Positions 55,216-64,000 of a stretch of 64,000 bases of DNA are shown here, one piece after another. A program made the position numbers and the translations under genes. The stretch comes from an uncultured Actinomycetota bacterium (GTDB taxonomy: Bacteria > Actinomycetota > Actinomycetes > CAVWCF01). The notes beneath the pieces are model-generated. The model had not been told where the DNA came from, did not search any database, and was given only the letters and a program-made list of their open reading frames with translations. Each line of letters opens with the position of its first letter. Within the stretch, counting starts at the first letter, position 1. Where the stretch lies: assembly GCA_963818455.1 (NCBI GenBank), contig CAWFSE010000009.1, positions 107,325-171,324 of the forward strand, read 5' to 3'.

Positions 55216-58200
55216 CCACCGACCGCTACGTCGAGCTCGGCCACCTGTTCGCCGACTTCCTCGAGCACGGTCGCGAGATCATGGAGGGCACCGCCCCCGC
55301 GGCGCGCGGCGGGTCGGGAACCGGGCCGATGGAGCCCGTCGTCATCACCGGCGCCGCGCTCGGGCTGCCCGGGACCGACCGGGTGTTCGACGACCACAAC
55401 GTGGCGCGGCTGCTCGGCGGCGAGCAGCTGATCGACCTCATCCCCACCCGGTTCCGGCACAAGATCCTGGACAAGCACATCACCCGGCTGGTCAAGGGCG
55501 ACGGGGGCGGGCGGTTCGAGTCCATCGACGACCCAGCCGACGTGCTCAAGCTGGCCGGCCGCGCCGGGCAGCTCGACCTCGTCGAGGAGTTCGGCGTCGA
55601 CCCCGAGCGCGACCGCGCGCTCGACACCGTCACCCGGCTCGCGATCGGCGCCGGCTTCGACGCGCTGCGCGACGCGGGGATCCCGCTCGTCCAGCACTAC
55701 CGGCTCACCTCGCTGGGCACCCAGCTGCCCTCGCGCTGGGGCCTGCCGGACTCGATGCGCGACGACACCGGGGTGATCTTCGCCTCCGCGTTCCCCGGGT
55801 TTGACGCCTTCGCCGACGAGCTCGAGCGCCACTACACCGACCAGGGCCGCCGCCATGAGCTTGAGGGGCTGCGGTCGCTGCGGGCCCGGGTGACGGACGC
55901 CGAGCCGGTCGCCGCCGAGCTCGACCACCGCACCCGCGAGCTCGAGGCGCTGCTCGCCGAGGAGGGCTACGAGTTCGACCGCCGCTTCCTGTTCCGCGTG
56001 CTGTCGATGGGGCACTCGCAGTTCGCCGAGATCATCGGCGCCCGCGGGCCGAACACCCAGGTGAACTCCGCCTGCGCGAGCACCACGCAGGCCATCGCCC
56101 TGGCCGAGGACTGGATCCGCGCCGGCCGCTGCCGCCGGGTCGTCATCGTCGCCGGTGACGACGTCACCGCCGACCACCTCGTCGACTGGGTCGGCGCCGG
56201 CTTCCTCGCGTCCGGCGCCGCGGCCACCGACGACGTCGTCGAGAACGCGGCGCTGCCGTTCGACAACCGACGGCACGGGATGATCATGGGCATGGGGGCC
56301 GCCGGCCTCGTGGTCGAGTCGGCGGAGGCGGCCCGCGAGCGCGGGATCCAGCCGATCTGCGAGGTGCTGTCGTCCGTCACGGCCAACAGCGCCTTCCACG
56401 GCACCCGGCTCGACGTCGAGCACATCGGCCAGGTGATGGAGAGCCTGGTCGCCCAGGCCGAGGCGCGCGGCGTACGCCGGCACGAGATCGCGCCGGAGAC
56501 GGTCTTCGTCTCGCACGAGACGTACACCCCGGCACGCGGCGGCAGCGCCGCGGCCGAGATCAACGCGCTGCGGCAGGTCTTCGGCGCCGACGCCGACCGG
56601 ATCGTCATCGCCAACACCAAGGGGTTCACCGGCCACCCGATGGGCGTGGGCATCGAGGACGTCGTCGCGGTCAAGGCGCTGGAGACCGGCCTCGTGCCGC
56701 CGATCCCCAACTTCCGCGAGATCGACCCCGAGCTCGGCCAGCTCAACCTGTCGACCGGCGGCGCGTACCCGGTGCGCTATGCGCTGCGGCTGGCCGCCGG
56801 ATTCGGCTCGCAGATCAGCATGACGCTGCTGCGCTGGACCCCGGTGCCCGACGGCGCCCACCGCGAGCCGACCGAGTTGGGCTACGGCTACCGCGTCGTC
56901 GACCCGGCGGCATGGGGGGCGTGGCTGCGCGGCCTGAGCGGGCAGGACGACCCGCAGCTCGAGGTCGTCCAGCGGCGCCTGCGCGTGGTGGACCGCGGTT
57001 GGTCCGCGCCGAGGACGGCTCCCGCGGCGCCGGCCGTGCCGGTGGCGGTCGCCAGCAGCGCCTCCGGTCGCGCCCGGTCGCGCCGGTCGCGCCCGGTCGT
57101 GCCGGTCGCTCGCGGCCGCGGCGCCGCCGGCGCTGCCGGCGGCGCCGGCGGGGGTGGACCCGGTGGTGGCCGAGGTGCTGTCGGTGGTGTCGGAGAAGAC
57201 CGGCTACCCGCAGGAGATGCTGGATCTGGACCTGGATCTGGAGGCGGACCTGGGCGTCGACACGGTGAAGCAGGCGGAGGTGTTCGCCGCGATCCGGGAG
57301 ACGTTCGCGATCGAGCGGGACGACTCGCTGCAGCTGCGGGACTACCCGACGCTGACGCATGTGGTCGGGTTCGTCCGGGACCGGGGGCACGAACCTGCCG
57401 GCGGCCGCGCCCGCCGCTGCCGCCGCCGCGGCCGGCCGCTCCGGCGGCTGCCGGCGGCGCCGGCGGGGGTGGACCCGGTGGTGGCCGAGGTGCTGTCGGT
57501 GGTGTCGGAGAAGACCGGCTACCCGCAGGAGATGCTGGATCTGGACCTGGATCTGGAGGCGGACCTGGGCGTCGACACGGTGAAGCAGGCGGAGGTGTTC
57601 GCCGCGATCCGGGAGACGTTCGCGATCGAGCGGGACGACTCGCTGCAGCTGCGGGACTACCCGACGCTGACGCATGTGGTCGGGTTCGTCCGGGACCGGG
57701 GGACGAACCTGCCGGCGGCCGCGCCGGCCGGCGCGCCGGTCGTGCCGGCCGCGCCGGCCGCTGCTGGCGGCGCCGGCGGGGGTGGACCCGGTGGTGGCCG
57801 AGGTGCTGTCGGTGGTGTCGGAGAAGACCGGCTACCCGCAGGAGATGCTGGATCTGGACCTGGATCTGGAGGCGGACCTGGGCGTCGACACGGTGAAGCA
57901 GGCGGAGGTGTTCGCCGCGATCCGGGAGACGTTCGCGATCGAGCGGGACGACTCGCTGCAGCTGCGGGACTACCCGACGCTGACGCATGTGGTCGGGTTC
58001 GTCCGGGACCGGGGGACGAACCTGCCGGCGGCCGCGCCCGCCGGCGTGCCGTCGCCGCCGGCCGCTGCCGCGGCTGCTGGCGGCGCCGGCGGGGGTGGAC
58101 CCGGTGGTGGCCGAGGTGCTGTCGGTGGTGTCGGAGAAGACCGGCTACCCGCAGGAGATGCTGGATCTGGACCTGGATCTGGAGGCGGACCTGGGCGTCG

Positions 58201-60919
58201 ACACGGTGAAGCAGGCGGAGGTGTTCGCCGCGATCCGGGAGACGTTCGCGATCGAGCGGGACGACTCGCTGCAGCTGCGGGACTACCCGACGCTGACGCA
58301 TGTGGTCGGGTTCGTCCGGGACCGGGCGACCACCCTCCCGGCTGGTGGCGTCGGACGCCGCGGCGTCGTCGCCCGCGGCCGCCCTGCCGGAGGTCCCGGT
58401 GCTGTCCGGCAGCCTGGAGGCCGCCGAGCAGATCCCGCGGCGGGTGCCCGTTCCGGTGCTCCGCCCGGCCCTCGACCGGTGCCGCCCCACCGGGGTGCGG
58501 CTGGACGAGGCCGCCCGCGTCGTGGTCATGGCCGACCAGGGCGGCGTGGGCGACGCGCTGGTCAGCCAGCTCGGCAAGCTCGGCGTCGCCGTGCTCGCAG
58601 TCACCGACGCGCCCGACGCCGAGACGCTGGGCCAGCGGTTGGCCGACTTCAGCGCGGACGGTCCGGTCACGGGCGTGTACTGGCTGCCGGCCCTCGACGC
58701 CGAGGGCCCGGTCGGCGGAGCTGGACCTCGACGCCTGGCACGAGGCCCTGCGGATCCGGGTCGGGCTGCTGTACACGACGATGCGTGCCGTCGCCGACGG
58801 CTCGCCGTTCCTGGTCGCGGCGACTCGGCTGGGCGGGCAGCACGGCTACGACCCGGCCGGGGCGGTCAACCCGCTCGGCGGCGCGGTCACCGGGTTCGCC
58901 AAGGCGTACGCGCCGGGAGGCCGCCGACGCGCTCGTCAAGGCGGTCGACCTGGCGCCGAGCCGCAAGACCGCGGCGTTGGCCGAGCTGCTGATCGGCGAG
59001 ACCCTGCGTGATCCCGGCTGCGTCGAGGTCGGCTACGCCGACGAGCGAGCGCTGGACGATCGGGCTGGAGGAGCGGCCGGCCGACGACGGCCGGCCGGGC
59101 TCACCCTCGACGGGTCGACGGTCTACGTGGTCACCGGCGCGGCCGGCAGCATCGTCTCGGCGATCGTGGCCGACCTCGCCAAGGCCGGCGGGGGCGGCGT
59201 CTTCCACCTGCTGGACCTCACGCCGGAGCCGGACCCGTCCGACCCCGACCTGGTGCGGTACGCGACCGACCGCGAGGGCCTCAAGCAGGACCTGATCGCC
59301 CGCCACAAGGCGGCGGGGGAGAAGGTCACCCCGGTGGCCGTGGAGCGCGAGCTCGCCGCCCTGGAGCGGCGCAGCGCGGCGCTGGCCGCCATCGAGGCCG
59401 TCGCCGCGGCGGGCGGCCAGGCGATCTACCACAGCGTCGACCTGGGCGATGTCGCCGCCGTGGGCGCCGTCATGGACGAGGCGCTGCAGCACTCCGGCCG
59501 GGTCGATGTGCTGGTGCACGCCGCCGGCATCGAGATCAGCCGACGGCTGGCCAACAAGGAGCCGGACGAGTTCAACCGGGTGTTCGCCGTGAAGAGCGAC
59601 GGCTGGTTCGCGCTGATGTCCGCCCTGCGCGGGCGCCCGCTCGGCGCGGTGGTGGCCTTCAGCTCGGTGGCCGGACGGTTCGGCAACCTGGGCCAGACCG
59701 ACTACGCCGCAGGCAACGACCTGCTGTGCAAGCTCGCCGTCGAACCTGCGCACGTCGCAGCCGGACACCCGCGGGATCGCCATCGACTGGACCGCCTGGG
59801 GCGGTATCGGCATGGCCACCCGCGGCTCGATCCCGGTGATGATGGAGGCGGCCGGCATCGACATGCTGCCGCCCGAGGCCGGGATCGCCACCGTGCGGCG
59901 CGAGCTGATCTCCGGCGGCACGAGCGACGAGATCGTCGTCGCCCAGCGGCTGGGGATCATGACCGCCGAGTACGCCGAGGCCGGCGGGCTCGACGTCGAC
60001 GCGATCGACGTGTCCGCCGCAGGCCCCATGATCGGCCAGGTGGTCGAGATGGGCGTGCACAGCGGGCTGGTCGTGGAGACCACGTTGGATCCGACGGCTC
60101 AGCCGTTCCTGGACCACCACCGGATCTCGGGGACCCCTGTCCTGCCAGGCGTCATGGGGATGGAGGCCTTCGCCGAGTTGGCCCGGCTCGCCTTCCCGGA
60201 CCGCCACGTCGTGGCGATCGAGGACGTCGACTTCCTGCGGCCGCTGAAGTTCTACCGCGATGAGCCGCGCACGCTGCGGATCAGCGCCACCTTCGTACGG
60301 GATGGCGACGACGTCGTCGCGCGGTGCCGGCTCGAGGCCAGCCGCACGCTGCCCGGACGCGACGAGCCCGAGGTGACGACGCACTTCACCGGTCGGGTCC
60401 GGTTGGCAGGCGCACGCCGCCTGCCGAGGCGACCGGCCAGGCGCCGGGCGACCCGTCCGGGCCCAGCGTGGGCCAGGGACCCGTGTACGAGGTCCTCTTC
60501 CATGGCCCGGCCTACCAGGTGGTCGACGACGTGTGGCGTGACGGCTCGGCGATCCTCGGCCGCTACGCAGAAGGGCTGGTCCCCGGCCACCAGCCCGGAC
60601 TCGCAGCCGACGGTCACCGATCCGCGGCTCGTCGAGCTGTGCTTCCAGACGGCGGCCGTGGCCGCCCTGGCCGAGCACGGGCTGCTGGCGCTGCCCGCGC
60701 ACGTCGACCGCGTGGTCGTGCTCGCGCATCCGGCCGAGCCGGCTGGCCGCCTCGTGGCGGCGACGGCCGAGGGCGCCGGCGGAGGGGTCGACGCCGAGGT
60801 GCGTCGACGGCGAGGGGCGGGTGTTCGTGCGGTTGGAGGGCTACCGCACGATCGAGCTGCCGCAGGCGGTCGATGAGGCGCTGCTGGCGCCGCTGCGCGC
60901 CGTGGCCTCGGCGGGTTGA
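55212..60919 (+). CDS. type I FAS/PKS protein, KS - 4x ACP-like - KR - DH; at least 6 frame breaks
   Basis: ATG 55212 ([10 protein letters not shown]). Pieces lie in ORFs 52170..57896, 57154..58209, 57674..59011, 57987..60263, 58300..58992, 59812..60876 and 60324..61490. Ends ...[12 protein letters not shown]-stop at 60917-60919. Confidence 0.85.
55335..56840 (+). other. ketosynthase domain 2 (atypical; Cys present, so not a CLF)
   Basis: [13 protein letters not shown], long insertion before the active site, [11 protein letters not shown] (Cys), VSHETYTP in place of [18 protein letters not shown]. Confidence 0.75.
57141..58330 (+). repeat. four tandem ACP-like carrier domains; ~245-bp cores nucleotide-identical, period 315/313/313 bp
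   Basis: Core GGCGCCGGCGGGGGTGGACCC...TTCGTCCGGGACCGGG starts at about 57141, 57456, 57769 and 58082. Each encodes [77 protein letters not shown]. Ala/Pro linkers differ by indels. Confidence 0.9.
59120..59830 (+). other. ketoreductase (SDR) catalytic subdomain; structural subdomain about 58380-59100
   Basis: [13 protein letters not shown] Rossmann motif, [20 protein letters not shown] (Ser/Tyr/Asn). Confidence 0.8.
60030..60900 (+). other. PKS-type (double hot-dog) dehydratase domain
   Basis: [21 protein letters not shown] (HxxxGxxxxP); second half [16 protein letters not shown]. Confidence 0.75.
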
Positions 60920-60924
60920 GCGCC

Positions 60925-63900
60925 ATGTCGAGTGCCATGGCCCAGACTGCGGATCGACCGCCCCTGCCGTTCCGGCGGCTGGCCCTGCTCGGCCGCGGCC
61001 CGGCCGCGGTCCGGCTGCTCGACGCCATCGCCGAGCTCGGGCCTCAGCGGCCGGCGACCCTGGCCCTGCACGTCGACGCCGATCGGCAGTCCCGGTACGT
61101 GCGGGACGCCGACGAGGCCTACGGGATCGGTCCGAGCGTGGGCGATCTGGCCCTGGTCGAGGCGGCCCTGCGCGAGTCGGGAGCCGACTCCGTGTGGCTC
61201 GGGCGGGGCCTCGGCCCCGCCCTGCGCGGCATCTGCGAGGTGAGCCAGCGGCTCGGCCTCGTCGTGGTCGGGCCGTCGCTGGAGGTGCTGGACCGCCTCG
61301 GCGACCCGATCGGGGTGAAGCTGCTGGCCGAGGAGCTGGGGATCACCTCCGTACCGTGGTCCGAGGGCCAGGTCGAGGACGTCGAGAGCGCGTTGGGCTG
61401 GGCGGCCCGGCTGGGCTACCCGCTCTTCGTCAAGGCCGCCGCAGCCGGCCGGGACGGGCTTGGCGTCCGCCGGGTCTCCTCGGCGGCTGACCTGCCGGGG
61501 GCCTTCGAGGCGGTCCGCTCCGAGGCCGGCCTGCTGTTCGGCGACGCCCGGGTGTTCCTTGAGCAGAAGGTCCCCGAGGCGCGGCACCTCGGGGTCCAGG
61601 TGATCTCCGACGGCCAGGGCACGGTGTGGGCCGCGGGTCTGTGCGAGTGCACCCTGCAGCGCCGCAACCGGACCATCGTGGAGGAGTCGGCTTCCCCCGG
61701 CCTGCCCGGCCCCGCGGGTCGCCGAGCTCTGCGACGCCGCGTCCCGCCTCGCGGCGGCCACCGGCTTCACCGGGGTCGGGACCGTGGAGTTCCTGGTCGG
61801 CCCGGACGACGCGCCAGCCCTGCTGCTCGGCGTGGACACGCAACTGGGCGCCGAGCACGGCGTGACCGAGGTCGTCACCGGCCTCGACCTGGTCAAGTGC
61901 GGGCTGGAGGTCGCGGCCGGCCGGCGCCTCCCGGGCGATCACCCCGAGCCGTCGGGGCACGCGGTGTCCGTGCGGCTGCGCGCGGAGGACCCCGAGCGCG
62001 GGTTCGTCCCCACCCCGGGCCGGATCCGCCAGCTGAGGCTCCCGTCCGGACCAGGGCTGCGGGTCGACGCGGGCGTCGCCGAGGGCGACGTCGTGCCCAC
62101 CGGTCTGGACCCGATCCTCGCCACCCTCGTCGCCTGGGGGCAGGACCGCGCGGAGGCGATCGCCAGGCTGGTACGCGGGCTTCGCCAGACCACGGTCGTC
62201 ATCGACGGCGGCGGCACGAACAAGGCGTTCCTGCTCGCGGTGCTCAACCATCCGGACTTCGCGCTCGGCCGGCTGGACACCGGCTGGCTGGACCGCGGGA
62301 TCGCCGACCGCACGCTCTTCCCCATGGAGCACGCCGAGGTCGCCCTGCTGCAGGCCGCGATCGACGCCTACGCGACCGACCACGAGCTGGCGCGCAAGGC
62401 CTTCTTCGCGACGGCCGCCCGCGGCCGGCCCGAGGCCCGCCGCGACCAGGGGCACCGGATCAGGTTCCGCTACCGGGGCCAAGAGGTGCCGCTGCGCGTG
62501 CTGCGGCTCGGTCCGCACGACTACCGGATCGACACCGGTGCGCGCCGGCTCGATCTGACGGTCACCCCGCGCGGACCCCTGGAGAGCCTGCTCACGGTCG
62601 GCGGCCGCCAGGTGCGCACGCTGTCGGTGGTGGACGGGCCGGTGCACTCGGTCGAGGTCGAGGGGGTCACCCACACCTTCACCCGTGACGACGGCGGCAC
62701 CGTGCGCGCCCCCGCCCCGGGCGTCGTGTTGGCGCTGCCGGTCCGCCCCGGCGACCGCGTCGCGGTGGGCGACACCATCGCGGTGCTCGAGGCGATGAAG
62801 ATGGAGACCGCGGTCGCCGCGCCGTTCGCCGGCCGGGTCCGCTCGGTGGCGGCGCTGGTCAACTCCCAGGTCGACTCCGGGCAGGCGCTGCTCGAGCTCG
62901 AGCTCGGCGAGGACCAGACCGCCCCCGACCCCGGCGACGCGCCCACGGCGCAGCAGCTCGACCTCGCCCTGCCTGAGCTGGCCGAGGGCGACCCGGAGCC
63001 GACGAGCCCCGGCCTGGTGCTCGAGACCCTGCATGCGTACCTGCTCGGCTACGACACCGACCCCAAGGACATCCAGCGCCTCGTCACCCGCGCGGGCGGC
63101 CCGCTGGCCGACCTGCCGGTCGATGACCCGCAGGTCATGGACCGGGAGGGCGAGATCCTTCGGCTCTTCGCCGACCTCTGCGCCCTCTCGCGCCGCCAGC
63201 ACGAGGGCGACGACGACGACGAGCAGGCCCTGGCCCGGAGCCCGCAGGAGTACTTCGCGTCGTACCTGCGCGCGCCCGGTCGCTCGCGCGACACGCTGCC
63301 CGCCCCCTTCCTGGACCGGCTGCGGCGGGTGCTCGCCCGGTACGGCGTCCCGGGCCTGGAGCCGTCACCGGCCCTCGACGAGGCTCTGCTGCGCATCTTC
63401 CGGGCCCAGCAGCGGCTCGGTGAGGCGGTGCCCGTGATCGCGTCCCTGCTGGAGCGGGGGATCGCCAACCGCGACCGGATGATGCGTCGGGTGGGCGACC
63501 TGGACGCCGTCCGCAGGCTGCTCGACCGGCTCGTGGCCGCCACCGACGGCCGCTACCCGACGATCGCCGACCTCGCCCAAGAGGCGCAGTTCCGGTGGTT
63601 CGCCGAGCCGGAGGTCGAGCGGGTCCAGGCCCTGGGGTACGCCACGGCCGAGACCTCCTACGCGGCGCTGCGTCGCGACCCGGACGGACCGGAGCGGGCG
63701 GACCTCATCGCCAGCCTGGTCTCCTGCCCGCAGCCCCTGCGCCCGCTGCTGCAGCGGTGGTACCGAGGCTGCCGGACCGGAGCTCCAGGGCGCGCTGCTG
63801 GAGACGGCCGTCCGCCGCTACTACCGGATCCGGGCGATCGAGAACGTCGCGACCGCAGACCGTGAACGGCGTGCCGATCTGCACGGCCGACTACGCGCAC

Positions 63901-64000
63901 GAGGGCCACCAGGTGCACCTGGTGATGGCGTACGTCCCGCTGGAGGGGCTGGCCGCGCTCGCCAACGGGCTCCGCGGGCACCTCGCCGACGTCCCCGCCG
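60925..64000 (+). CDS. single-chain acetyl/acyl-CoA-carboxylase-like protein (BC-like, biotinyl domain, ACC-central-like region; CT expected beyond the window); partial, at least 3 frame breaks
   Basis: ATG 60925, 5 nt after the DH stop. ATP-grasp BC-like region in ORFs 60916..62688 and 61784..63865; biotinyl motif AVLEAMKMETAV at about 62780-62815. The long helical region continues to the window edge. Confidence 0.8.

Noticed and set aside
57141-58330. Regularly spaced identical repeats as a CRISPR array or mobile-element repeats
   Set aside because: The period is 313-315 bp with ~245-bp repeats and short Ala/Pro-coding spacers, all in-frame with a PKS. These are tandem carrier domains, not 25-40 bp CRISPR repeats, and no cas genes are present.
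56815-58776. Minus-strand Pro/Arg-rich ORFs (56815..57675, 56888..57988, 57657..58670, 57970..58776) as proline-rich or PE/PPE-like proteins
   Set aside because: They are antisense images of the ACP repeats and their Ala/Pro linkers. Their internal repetition simply mirrors the plus-strand repeat.

Overview
Very high-GC (by eye >70%) chromosomal segment of an actinobacterium; mca indicates mycothiol metabolism. I support about 55 protein-coding genes and recognised no rRNA, tRNA, CRISPR array, IS element or prophage. The backbone follows, from memory, the Mycobacterium tuberculosis Rv1077-Rv1112 order: cbs, metB, greA, DUF4307 protein, mca, hemolysin-III, Z-prenyl/UppS-like synthase, phoH2, fumarase/glpX, xseB, xseA, ispH, membrane protein, ychF. 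Lineage-specific blocks interrupt it: an orphan MCP; a GlmL-like protein plus amidase; a ChlI-type AAA+ ATPase, VWA protein and divergent FIST sensor; MarR-MFS-P450; a DUF4097/DUF2089 pair; an LPXTG surface protein with tandem 80-aa repeats; and a secreted lytic transglycosylase behind a 420-nt structured leader. The most interesting region is the right-hand 13.5 kb (50.5-64.0 kb). It is a co-directional, tightly packed, non-canonical PUFA-synthase-like type I FAS/PKS locus: acyl-CoA dehydrogenase, KS-AT, KS-4xACP-KR-DH, then a single-chain ACC-like carboxylase that runs off the window. The four ACP-like domains are nucleotide-identical tandem copies with Thr where the phosphopantetheinyl Ser is expected. 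The carboxylase's biotin-carboxylase domain has lost several canonical catalytic motifs but keeps a perfect EAMKM biotinylation site. Major caveat: the assembly has roughly one frame break per kb, including in essential genes, so many genes had to be reconstructed from two to six ORF-track fragments. I treat these breaks as probable sequencing or assembly indels rather than pseudogenes. Coordinates of frameshifted genes are start-to-stop of the reconstructed gene.
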